Assembly: GCA_035303785.1 (NCBI GenBank)
Contig: DATGRI010000058.1
Coordinates: 2,306 to 66,305 of the forward strand
Direction: 5' to 3'
DNA from: Sphingobacteriaceae bacterium
GTDB lineage: Bacteria; Bacillota; Sulfobacillia; Thermaerobacterales; RSA17
Length of the DNA: 64,000 nt
Both the position numbers and the translations under genes were made by a program. The notes beneath the pieces are model-generated. The model was not told where the DNA came from, searched no databases, and saw only the letters and a list, made by a program, of their open reading frames with translations. Shown piece after piece: positions 53,017 to 61,288 of the stretch; position 1 is the stretch's first letter, and every line of letters begins with the position of its first letter.

Positions 53017-54165
53017 TCAGTCCTCGGTGAGGCTCTTCACCAGATGGCGGGGCTGGTCCACATTGCGGCCAAGGGCTACGGCCGCGTGATAGGCCAGCAG
53101 CTGCAGGGGCACTACCGACAGCATGGGCCCGAAGATGGGCTCCACCGGGGGTATGGGCAGGAAGTGGTCGGCATGGCGGGCCAGTTCACGGCTGCCGGCG
53201 GGAGCCACCGCCACCACCTGGGCTCCCCAGCGGCGCACTTCCTGGAAGTTGCGGGCCATCATCTCCTCCAGGTCGGGCCTGGTGACGATGCCCACCACGC
53301 TGTAGTCGGAATCAATCAAGGCCATGGGGCCGTGGCGGAACTCGCCGGCGGCGCACGCTTCAGCATGGATGTAGGAAGTTTCTTTAAGCTTCAATTGCCC
53401 TTCATGGGCGGTGATCCAGTCCATCTGCCGGCCGATGTAGAAGGCGTGGCGCCGCCGGGCCAAGTCCCGGCCGGCTTGGGCCACGGCTTCCTCCTCCGCC
53501 AGCACGGCGGCCACCTGGTCGGGCATGGCCGCCAGGCCCGCCAGGATGCGGGCCGCCTCTTCCCGGGGCAAGGTCTCCTGGGCCCGCCCCAAGCCGACGG
53601 CCAGCAGGACTACCGCCACCAACTGGGCCATGTAGGCTTTGGTGGAGGCCACCGCCTCCTCGGTGCCGGCCTGGGTGATGAAGGTGAAATCGGCTTCCCG
53701 GGTGATGGCGCTGCCGGGCGCGTTGGTCACCGCCAGGACAGCTGCGGCGCCCCGCTGCCGGGCAGCCGCCAGGGCGGCCAGGGTATCCTTGGTTTCCCCC
53801 GACTGGCTGACGGCCACGGCCAAAGTGCCCGGAGGAACCCGGAATTCCCCGAAGCGGAACTCCGACGCGGGTTCGGTGCGGGCGGGCAGGCCCGCCACCT
53901 GCTTGACCAGGGCGTCGCCCACCAAGCCGGCATGGTAGGCGGTGCCGCTGCCCAAAAACAAAACATGCCGCACCTGGGCCAGGGCGGCCTGATCCAAACC
54001 CGTGCCGGACCAATCCACATCCCCCGCCTGCCGTCCCAGGCGGCCGGCCAGGGTACGGCTGATGGCCTGGGGCTGCTGGAAAATCTCCTCATGCATCTTA
54101 TGACGGTGGCCTCCCGGCCGGCCGGCGCCGGCCTGGGTCCCTTCTATGGGCAGTTCCTTGACCAT
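53017..54165 (-). CDS. GlmS-like sugar isomerase (2xSIS) protein lacking the N-terminal glutaminase domain
   Basis: 382 aa, starting MVKELPIEG...HRHKMHEEIFQQPQAISRTL, which corresponds to the start of the GlmS isomerase half. SIS motifs (FLGSGTAYHAG, VSQSGETKDTL, EEAVASTKAY). GlmS-type C-tail VPLQLLAYHAAVALGRNVDQPRHLVKSLTED. ATG 54165 lies 7 nt after AAGGAGA and only 14 nt after the glmM stop. Confidence 0.85.
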   Translation of the reverse strand: MVKELPIEGTQAGAGRPGGHRHKMHEEIFQQPQAISRTLAGRLGRQAGDVDWSGTGLDQAALAQVRHVLFLGSGTAYHAGLVGDALVKQVAGLPARTEPASEFRFGEFRVPPGTLAVAVSQSGETKDTLAALAAARQRGAAAVLAVTNAPGSAITREADFTFITQAGTEEAVASTKAYMAQLVAVVLLAVGLGRAQETLPREEAARILAGLAAMPDQVAAVLAEEEAVAQAGRDLARRRHAFYIGRQMDWITAHEGQLKLKETSYIHAEACAAGEFRHGPMALIDSDYSVVGIVTRPDLEEMMARNFQEVRRWGAQVVAVAPAGSRELARHADHFLPIPPVEPIFGPMLSVVPLQLLAYHAAVALGRNVDQPRHLVKSLTED

Positions 54166-54179
54166 GGTTGTGGTCTCCT

Positions 54180-55517
54180 TTACTGTCGGGCGGCTTCCAC
54201 GATGGCGGCCGCAATGGCTTCCGCCGCCTCCCGGGCCTGGGTTTCGTCCATCGCCTCCACCATCACCCGGATGACCGGCTCGGTGCCCGAGGGACGCACC
54301 ACGATGCGCCCCTGCTCCGCCAGCCCGGCCGAGGCCGCTGCCACGGCGGCCTCCACCGCCGGCAGGGCGGCAACCCGGTGATGGTCGTCCACGGCAATGT
54401 TGCGGTGGACCTGGGGCCAAGGCTTCATCCGGGCCGCCAGGTCGGCCAGGGAGGCCCCGGTGATGTCCATTTCCCGCACCATTTCCACCGCCGTCAACAA
54501 ACCGTCTCCCGTCATCTGGCCCGTTTCGGCAAATATGATGTGCCCCGACTGCTCACCTCCCAGAGTCAAGCCCTGGGCCATCATGGTTTCGGCCACATGG
54601 CGATCGCCCACGGGGCAGCGGACCACCCGGCCGCCGGCGGCGGCCAGGGCCTGGTCCAAGCCCATGTTGCTCATTACCGTGGCCACCAAGGCCCGCTTGG
54701 GCAGGGCGTCCCGGTCCAGCCGGCCCAGGCCCGCCACGGCCAAAATGTAGTCACCGTCCAGCAGCCGGCCCTGGTCGTCCACGGCCAGGCAGCGGTCCCC
54801 GTCCCCGTCGAAGGTGAAGCCCGCCTGGGCGCCTTCGGCCAGCACCGCCTCCGCCGCCACCTGGGGGCTGGTGGAGCCGCAGTCCACATTGATGGCGGCG
54901 CCGTCGGGGGTGTGATGCAGGGCCGTCACCCGGGCACCCGCCGCCCGGAACAGGCGGGGGGCCAGTTCCCACAAGGCGCCGTGGCCGCAGTCCAACACCA
55001 GGTGGCGGCCGGCGGCTCCGTCCCCCAGGCGCTCCAGCAGGAACTGCAGGTAAGGGTTCAAGGCATCGGGATCTTGATAAAGGCGGCCCCCGGACCCGCC
55101 GGCGGGCGCCGGCTCACCGTCCCGGGCGATGAAATCCTCCAGGGCCTTTTCCGTCTCGGGGGGGATTTTCGTCCCCTGGGGGCCGAAAAACTTGAGGCCG
55201 TTGTACTCGGGCGGGTTGTGGGAGGCGCTGATGACCGCTGCGGCAGCAGCGCCGTGGACCCGGGCCAGGAAAGCCACCGCCGGTGTAGGGACCACCCCCA
55301 GCAGGAGAACCTGCCAGCCGGCCTGGACCAGGGCGGAAGCCAAGGCGGCCTCCAACTCCACCCCCGACGTCCGGGTGTCCCTGCCGATCAGCATCAAGGG
55401 CGAGGCCTCCCCGGAATGGAGAACCCGGGCCGCCGCCCGTCCCACTTTGGCGAACAACTCCGGGGTCAAATCCTGGTGGGCGATGCCCCGGATGCCATCG
55501 GTGCCGAAGGATACCAT
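54180..55517 (-). CDS. glmM: Phosphoglucosamine mutase
   Basis: MVSFGTDGIRGIA, phosphoserine loop ISASHNPPEYNGLK, TFDGDGDRCLAVD, GGEQSGHIIF. ATG 55517 lies 6 nt after GGAGG. Confidence 0.93.
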   Translation of the reverse strand: MVSFGTDGIRGIAHQDLTPELFAKVGRAAARVLHSGEASPLMLIGRDTRTSGVELEAALASALVQAGWQVLLLGVVPTPAVAFLARVHGAAAAAVISASHNPPEYNGLKFFGPQGTKIPPETEKALEDFIARDGEPAPAGGSGGRLYQDPDALNPYLQFLLERLGDGAAGRHLVLDCGHGALWELAPRLFRAAGARVTALHHTPDGAAINVDCGSTSPQVAAEAVLAEGAQAGFTFDGDGDRCLAVDDQGRLLDGDYILAVAGLGRLDRDALPKRALVATVMSNMGLDQALAAAGGRVVRCPVGDRHVAETMMAQGLTLGGEQSGHIIFAETGQMTGDGLLTAVEMVREMDITGASLADLAARMKPWPQVHRNIAVDDHHRVAALPAVEAAVAAASAGLAEQGRIVVRPSGTEPVIRVMVEAMDETQAREAAEAIAAAIVEAARQ

Positions 55518-55569
55518 GCCTTTCCTCCCCGCTGCCGGGAGGCCCTCTCCTGCCGGGCTGGGCGCCTCC

Positions 55570-56298
55570 CTACTCCTCAGGACTTTCCCCGGGCGGTTCC
55601 GGCGCACCGGGCTCATCCTCCAGGGGCGGGCTGGTGTTGACGGGGACCACCACCCGCACCGTTTCGGGCACCACGGTGACACCTGCCACCTGCCGGCCCG
55701 CCTCGTCCACGGCGAAAACCCTGACTCCTTCGAAGACCATATTCCCGGTGATGCCTTCGATATCAACGGCGCCCACCACCCGGGCCACCTCGTTGACCCT
55801 GGTCTCGGCGCCCGTCAATTTCACCTGGCTGGGAAACACCAGGGGGCTGGCCACGCTGACCTGGCCGTTGGAGTTGCCCTCCAGGGAAATTTCCACGGGC
55901 AGCTCCCGCTCGGCGAAGGACTCCAAGGCCAGCACCGCCTCCGACGGGGTGATCTCGATGGCCTGGAGGCCGTCGGGCAGTTCCACCCGGATGACCCGGG
56001 CCACGATGCCCGCCTCGGCATCGGACAAATCCACCACCGCCGTCACTTCCGACGGCTCCAAGTCGTCGAACAGGCTGGGGCGGCCCCGCACGGTGACGCT
56101 GACCCGCTCGGGGTCCATAGTAACGATGGCCAAACCTTCGGGCAGGTTCCGGGGCACCACTTCCACCAAGGGGAAGATCTGGGTGGCCTCGGGGTTCTGC
56201 TCGCTGCTCACATACAGCCAGAGGCTGATGGCCAGCAGCACCGACAAAATCTTGATGTTGATATCCCGTCGCAACAGTCGCTCGATCAATGGCGTCAC
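55570..56298 (-). CDS. cdaR: YbbR-domain protein, CdaA regulator
   Basis: N-terminal TM (NIKILSVLLAISLWLYV), then YbbR-like beta-rich repeats. It occupies the conserved position between cdaA and glmM. The start is GTG 56298 or TTG 56286. Confidence 0.75.
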   Translation of the reverse strand: MTPLIERLLRRDINIKILSVLLAISLWLYVSSEQNPEATQIFPLVEVVPRNLPEGLAIVTMDPERVSVTVRGRPSLFDDLEPSEVTAVVDLSDAEAGIVARVIRVELPDGLQAIEITPSEAVLALESFAERELPVEISLEGNSNGQVSVASPLVFPSQVKLTGAETRVNEVARVVGAVDIEGITGNMVFEGVRVFAVDEAGRQVAGVTVVPETVRVVVPVNTSPPLEDEPGAPEPPGESPEE

Positions 56299-56326
56299 CC
56301 CGGTGCCGGACCCCGGCCGGGCTCCT

Positions 56327-57154
56327 TCAATTCTTGTTGCGCTGCCCGAACAGGAAGGGCCGCTGGTTGCCCTCGGCGGCCGGCAGCAGCAGGTTGGTCA
56401 GTCGTTGCCGCAGGGCGTCGTCGTCCAATTTCTGGATCAGCTTGCCCCCGTGGGCGATGGAGATGGCGCCCGTTTCCTCGGAGACCACCACGGCCACGGC
56501 GTCGGAATGCTCGCTGATGCCCACCGCCGCCCGGTGCCGGCTGCCCAGGGAGATATCCAAAGGCTGGTCCGTCAAGGGCAGGAAGCAGCCGGCAGCCACC
56601 ACCCGGTCGCCCCGGATGATGACGGCGCCGTCGTGGAGGGGCGTGCGGGGCAGGAACAAGTTGATGAGCAGTTCTTTGGACACCAGGCCGTCGATGGGTA
56701 TGCCCGTCTCAGCCACGTCCCCCAGACCGGTAGTCCGTTCGATGACGATGATGGCGCCGGTGCGGTTCCGGGACAAGGTTCGGGCCGCATCGGCCACCAC
56801 CTGGATGACCTGGCTCACGTCGGGCTCCTGCCCCAGGTATGACAAGGAACGGCGGAACAGGCCCCCCTGGCCCACTTGCTCCAAGGCCCGGCGCAGTTCC
56901 GGCTGGAACAGGATGGGGATGCCCACCAAGAGGGCGATTTGGGCGTAGCCCAGCAGCCAGTGAAGGGTTTCCAAGCGCAGCCAGCGGCTCACGGGAGTGG
57001 CCACCAGGACGACGGCGAGGCCGGTGATGATGGCGGTGGCCCTGGTTCCCCGGATGAGGAGAAAAAACCGGTAGATGATGTAAGCGACGATTAAGATGTC
57101 GATTACGGCGAGGACCACATCGAGAAAAGTCAGGCTGCGCGCTAGGGAAATCAT
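56327..57154 (-). CDS. cdaA: Diadenylate cyclase CdaA
   Basis: Three N-terminal TMs, then the DAC domain (TGAIIVIERTTGL, PLHDGAVIIRGDRVVAAGCFLPL, LGSRHRAAVGISEHSDAVAVVVSEETG). Confidence 0.92.
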   Translation of the reverse strand: MISLARSLTFLDVVLAVIDILIVAYIIYRFFLLIRGTRATAIITGLAVVLVATPVSRWLRLETLHWLLGYAQIALLVGIPILFQPELRRALEQVGQGGLFRRSLSYLGQEPDVSQVIQVVADAARTLSRNRTGAIIVIERTTGLGDVAETGIPIDGLVSKELLINLFLPRTPLHDGAVIIRGDRVVAAGCFLPLTDQPLDISLGSRHRAAVGISEHSDAVAVVVSEETGAISIAHGGKLIQKLDDDALRQRLTNLLLPAAEGNQRPFLFGQRNKN

Positions 57155-57199
57155 AGATAGATGTTACCCCCCGGCGAAGCCTTCTGCCAGCCTCGCCCC

Positions 57200-57877
57200 T
57201 CAACCCCGGGTAGAGCCCATGTCTTCCTGGCGGCGGCCTGCAGACACGTAGTAGGCCAGGCTCCGGAGTTCGATGCTCAAGTCGATGTTTTGCACATACA
57301 CCCCCGGCGGAACCCGCAGCTGGGTTGGGGAAAAGTTCAATATGGCTTCCACGCCTACCTGCACCAGGCGGGAGGCCATCTCCTGGGCCGCTTCGGCGGG
57401 CACCGTGATGACGGCCATGCGGATGCCTTGCTCGGGGACCACCTTCTCCAGATCGTCGGTGGCAAGGATGGGCACCCCTTCGATGGACGTCCCCACCTTT
57501 TGGGGGTCGTTGTCGAAAATGCCTACGATGCGCACGTCCCGATGGCGGAGAATGTTGTAGCGGGCCAGGGCGGTGCCCAGATTGCCGGCGCCCACCAGGG
57601 CGGCGGGCACTTCCCGGTCCAGGCCCAAAATTTCCCGCAGTTGGATGCTGAGGGTCTCGGTGCGGTAGCCGACGCCGCGGGTGCCGAAGGCGCCGAAATA
57701 AGTCAAATCCTTGCGGATCTGCTCCGAGGAGAAGCCGGTCCGGCGGGCCAGCTCCGCCGACGAAACGATGTCGATTTCCCGCTGGCGCAAATCTTCCAGC
57801 ACGCGCAGGTAGACCGGCAGCCGCCGAACGGCGGCGTCAGGCACCCGTCCTGAACGTGCACCCCGTCCACTGCGCAT
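57200..57877 (-). CDS. rex: Redox-sensing transcriptional repressor Rex
   Basis: RRLPVYLRVLEDL, SSAELARRTGFSSEQIRKDLTYFGAFGTRGVGY, Rossmann GAGNLGTAL. ATG lies after GGAGGC. Confidence 0.92.
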   Translation of the reverse strand: MRSGRGARSGRVPDAAVRRLPVYLRVLEDLRQREIDIVSSAELARRTGFSSEQIRKDLTYFGAFGTRGVGYRTETLSIQLREILGLDREVPAALVGAGNLGTALARYNILRHRDVRIVGIFDNDPQKVGTSIEGVPILATDDLEKVVPEQGIRMAVITVPAEAAQEMASRLVQVGVEAILNFSPTQLRVPPGVYVQNIDLSIELRSLAYYVSAGRRQEDMGSTRG

Positions 57878-57899
57878 TAAGCCTCCTGCCTCCGTTCAC

Positions 57900-58913
57900 T
57901 CAAAAACGCCGGGCCGCCACGAAATCGGCCACGGCCAGCAGCCGCTCCCGGGCCGGTCCGGCGGGAATGTGCACCAACCCCGCCTTGGCTTCGTCGATGT
58001 ACTTCTGGGCCACCCGGTAGGCATGCTCCACGCCGCCGCTGGCCCGGACCAGGTCGATGGCCTGGGCCACCTGCTCATCGGTCAAGGGCCGGTTGGCCAG
58101 GATGGCCTCCAGTTCCCGGCCCCGGGGACCCTGCAGGGCGTACAGCACCGGCAAGGTGTAGATGCCGCTGCGCAGGTCGGTGCCGTTGCGCTTGCCCAGT
58201 TCCGCCTCCCGGCCCACCAGGTCCAGGATGTCGTCCACGATTTGAAAGCCCATGCCGATGCCGTAGCCGAAGCAGCGCAGGGCCTCCGCCGCCCCTTCGG
58301 GGGCCGAGGCCACCAGGGCTCCCACCCGGCAGCACTCGCCGATGAAGTAGGCCGTCTTCTTGTCGATTTGCCGCAGGTAATCCCGCACCGTGCGGCTGGT
58401 GTCGTAGGCGCCCGTCAACTGCTCCAGCTCGCCGCCCGACATGCGGAAAACCACGTCGGCCATGGCCCGGACCACCCGGCTGTCGCCGGCGGAGGCCAAG
58501 GTGGAGAAGCCCAGGGCGAACAGGTAGTCCCCCAGGAGGACCGACGCCCGGTCTCCCCAGCGGGAGTTGACGGTGTCCACGCCCCGGCGCAGGCTGGCCC
58601 GGTCCACCACGTCGTCGTGGACCAAAGTGGCCGTGTGGATCAATTCCACGGCGGCGGCCACGGGCACCAAGGTTTTCCACCGGTAGTCAAAGGGCAGGCC
58701 CGAGATGAGGACCAAAGCGGGCCGCAGCCGCTTGCCGCCCCCTGCCAGCAGGTGGTTGGCCAACTCCTCCAGCAACGGGTTGTCGGCCGTGAGGAGCCGT
58801 TCCATTTCGGCCTCGACCCGTAGCACATCATCCCTGACCTCGGGAAAAAGTTCGGCGATGACGGCGTGAACCCCCCGGTAGCCGGTGGGATGCTGCTGGA
58901 CTTGTGCCTTCAA
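57900..58913 (-). CDS. Long-chain polyprenyl diphosphate synthase (HepT/IspB-like)
   Basis: FARM LVHDDVVDRASLRRG and SARM FQIVDDILD motifs. TTG start after GGAGG. Confidence 0.85.
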   Translation of the reverse strand: MKAQVQQHPTGYRGVHAVIAELFPEVRDDVLRVEAEMERLLTADNPLLEELANHLLAGGGKRLRPALVLISGLPFDYRWKTLVPVAAAVELIHTATLVHDDVVDRASLRRGVDTVNSRWGDRASVLLGDYLFALGFSTLASAGDSRVVRAMADVVFRMSGGELEQLTGAYDTSRTVRDYLRQIDKKTAYFIGECCRVGALVASAPEGAAEALRCFGYGIGMGFQIVDDILDLVGREAELGKRNGTDLRSGIYTLPVLYALQGPRGRELEAILANRPLTDEQVAQAIDLVRASGGVEHAYRVAQKYIDEAKAGLVHIPAGPARERLLAVADFVAARRF

Positions 58914-58982
58914 AGCGGGTGTCCTCCTACCTGCCGGTATATGACCGATGGGCCCGGCGCCGGGAAGGGCCGGGAGGTCGGC

Positions 58983-59939
58983 TTACGTGTTTTTCGCATA
59001 GGGGATGCTCAATCCCTTTCTGCCATCATGCCCGGCGGCGTTCCCGTCGGGCGGGGCGGGCGGGCGGCCCACATCCCTATGTTCCGTAGTAACCGAGGGC
59101 AGCCGGCCCCGCAAGTGCTCCCACAGCATGTTGCCGATGACCACCGACCTGTGCCGGCCGCCGGTGCAGCCGATGGCGATGGTCATGTGGGCCTTGCCTT
59201 CGTTGACGTACTGGGGAATGAGAAAGTCCAGCAGCCCCTTGAGGCGCTCCAGCAGCTGGTGGGTGATGGGCCACTTCAGCACGTAGTCCTTCACCGGCTG
59301 GTCGTTGCCCGTCAGGGGGCGCAGGGAGGGCACGTAATAGGGATTGGGCAGGAACCGCACGTCCAGCACCAGATCGGCGTCCATGGGCAGGCCGTGCTTG
59401 AAGCCGAAGGTCAAAATGGTCAGGGTCATGCCCGAGGCCTGGGGATCGGCGTACCAGTTGCTGAGGCGCCGGGCCAGGTCCCCGGGGGTCATGCTGCTGG
59501 TGTCGATGATGCGGTGGGCCCGGCCCCGCAGGACTTCCAGGCGGCGGGCCTCCATGGCGATGCCGTCGGCGATGCGGCCGCCCAGGACCATGGGGTGGCG
59601 GCGCCGGGTCTCCTTGAAGCGGCGCACCAAGGTGGCCTCGTCGGCCTCCAGGAAGAGGACCTGATAGGAGATGCCCATGGTGTCCAGTTCATCCAAGGCT
59701 TCCACCGTACGGTCGAAGAAGGCGCCGCCCCGCACGTCCATGACCACGGCGGCCCGGCTCACCCGGCCGTCGGTTTGCAGGCAAAGCTGGGCAAAGGTGG
59801 GCAGCAGGGCGGGCGGCATGTTGTCGACACAGAAAAACCCCAGGTCTTCCAGGCATCGGATGGCCAGGGTCTTCCCCGCACCCGAAAGACCGGTGATGAT
59901 CAGGAACTGGAGGTCGTTGCGCTCCCGGCCTTGGGTCAT
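58983..59939 (-). CDS. rapZ: RNase adapter / nucleotide-binding protein RapZ (YvcJ)
   Basis: LIITGLSGAGKTLAIRCLEDLGFFCVDNMP, and C-terminal IAIGCTGGRHRSV. The start is set at ATG 59939 (the 453-aa track ORF is rejected). Confidence 0.9.
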   Translation of the reverse strand: MTQGRERNDLQFLIITGLSGAGKTLAIRCLEDLGFFCVDNMPPALLPTFAQLCLQTDGRVSRAAVVMDVRGGAFFDRTVEALDELDTMGISYQVLFLEADEATLVRRFKETRRRHPMVLGGRIADGIAMEARRLEVLRGRAHRIIDTSSMTPGDLARRLSNWYADPQASGMTLTILTFGFKHGLPMDADLVLDVRFLPNPYYVPSLRPLTGNDQPVKDYVLKWPITHQLLERLKGLLDFLIPQYVNEGKAHMTIAIGCTGGRHRSVVIGNMLWEHLRGRLPSVTTEHRDVGRPPAPPDGNAAGHDGRKGLSIPYAKNT

Positions 59940-60036
59940 CCTTTTGCCCCTTTCTGCTGCTGCAGGTCGATCAACAGACGGCCTCTTCCAGGGAACCAGG
60001 TCCGCTCCGGCGAAGGAGCCGGGAGGAGGCACCGAC

Positions 60037-61101
60037 ATGCGCATCACAGCCCGCGCACCCACCCGCATCGACCTGGCCGGCGGCACCTTGGATTTGCATC
60101 CCCTGTCTCTTTTCGTGCCGGGAGGGCTTACGGTCAACGTCGCCCTCTCTTTACAGTGTACCGTTGAATTGGTGCTGGGGGAAAATCCGGCGGCCGGCGA
60201 AGCTCCTGCGGTCATAGCCGCCCGGGACGGCGGGGAGCGGCTGGCGGCCCCTTCCGCGGCAGCCTTGCCGGAAGAGGGTCCCTTGGCCCCCGTGGCGGCG
60301 GCGGTGAAATATTTCGATCCGCCGGCGCCCTTTCGCCTGACCACCTACAGCCCGGTGCCCCGGGGCTCCGGCCTGGGGGCCTCCTCAGCCCTGCTCCTGG
60401 CAGCCTGCGCCGCCCTCAACGTGGCGGGCCGGCGCCTCCACTCCTTGTTGGAACTAATCCACCTAACGGCGGCCCTGGAAGCCCGGGCGGCGGGAGTTCC
60501 CGCCGGTTTCCAGGATCAGTACGCGGCGGCCTTCGGCGGTATGTCCATCCTCCACTGGGAACTCCGGGGGGCCCGGCGGGAAAGGGTGCCCCTGACCGGA
60601 GCCGACAGGGAGGAACTGGGCCGCCGGCTCCTGTTGACTTGGAGCGGCCAGGCCCACCGGTCGGGTTCCATCAACTGGGAGATGTTCAAGGCATACGTGG
60701 ACAGACGACAGGAGGCCGTGGCAGGCTTCCATCAAATCGCCGGGACGGCCCGGGCCATGGCCGATGCCGCCAGACAGCGGGACTGGGCTGCTGTCGGACC
60801 ATTGCTTCAACAGGAATGGGAAGCCCGCAGGGCCATCTCGCCCTTGGCCACGGGGCCTGCCCTGGAGCGGCTGGCGTCGGCCGCCGCCGCTGCCGGTGCT
60901 TCAGGCAGCAAGGCCTGCGGCGCCGGCGGGGGTGGCTGCCTCCTGACGGCGGTGCCGCCCGGCCGGCGGGATGCCGTCAAGGCCGCCTTGGAACAGGCGG
61001 GGGGCCGGGTGCTTCCCCTGGTTCCCCAAGGGCAAGGCTTGGCGGTGGAGCTGCACCGGCAGGCGCCGGTCAGTGGGACGTCTTGGGCTCCGGGGGGATG
61101 A
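60037..61101 (+). CDS. GHMP-family (sugar) kinase
   Basis: MRITARAPTRIDLAGGTLDL, motif II PRGSGLGASSAL, motif III KACGAGGGGCLL. ATG 60037 lies 7 nt after GGGAGGAGG. It is the only convincing plus-strand gene in the window. Confidence 0.8.
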   Translation: MRITARAPTRIDLAGGTLDLHPLSLFVPGGLTVNVALSLQCTVELVLGENPAAGEAPAVIAARDGGERLAAPSAAALPEEGPLAPVAAAVKYFDPPAPFRLTTYSPVPRGSGLGASSALLLAACAALNVAGRRLHSLLELIHLTAALEARAAGVPAGFQDQYAAAFGGMSILHWELRGARRERVPLTGADREELGRRLLLTWSGQAHRSGSINWEMFKAYVDRRQEAVAGFHQIAGTARAMADAARQRDWAAVGPLLQQEWEARRAISPLATGPALERLASAAAAAGASGSKACGAGGGGCLLTAVPPGRRDAVKAALEQAGGRVLPLVPQGQGLAVELHRQAPVSGTSWAPGG

Positions 61102-61264
61102 TGGCCCAGGCGATGAAGTAAAGCAGGACGCCTGCTCCCTTGAACAGGCTGAGGACGGCCCACGCCAGGCGGATAAAGGTGGGGTCCACCCCGAAGTGCT
61201 CCGCCAGGCCGCCGCAAACCCCGCCCAGCATGCGGTCCTTTTCGGAACGATACAGACGACGCAA
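61070..61264 (-). CDS. PspC-domain membrane protein
   Basis: 64 aa: RLYRSEKDRMLGGVCGGLAEHFGVDPTFIRLAWAVLSLF... plus one TM. Classic PspC domain. TTG start. Confidence 0.85.
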   Translation of the reverse strand: MRRLYRSEKDRMLGGVCGGLAEHFGVDPTFIRLAWAVLSLFKGAGVLLYFIAWAIIPPEPKTSH

Positions 61265-61288
61265 TTCCTGCCACCCCCCTGGGAAGAT

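Noticed and set aside
54166-54179. I looked for a glmS ribozyme upstream of the glmS-like gene.
   Set aside because: Only 14 nt, containing the SD, separate it from the glmM stop, so a ~170-nt ribozyme cannot fit.
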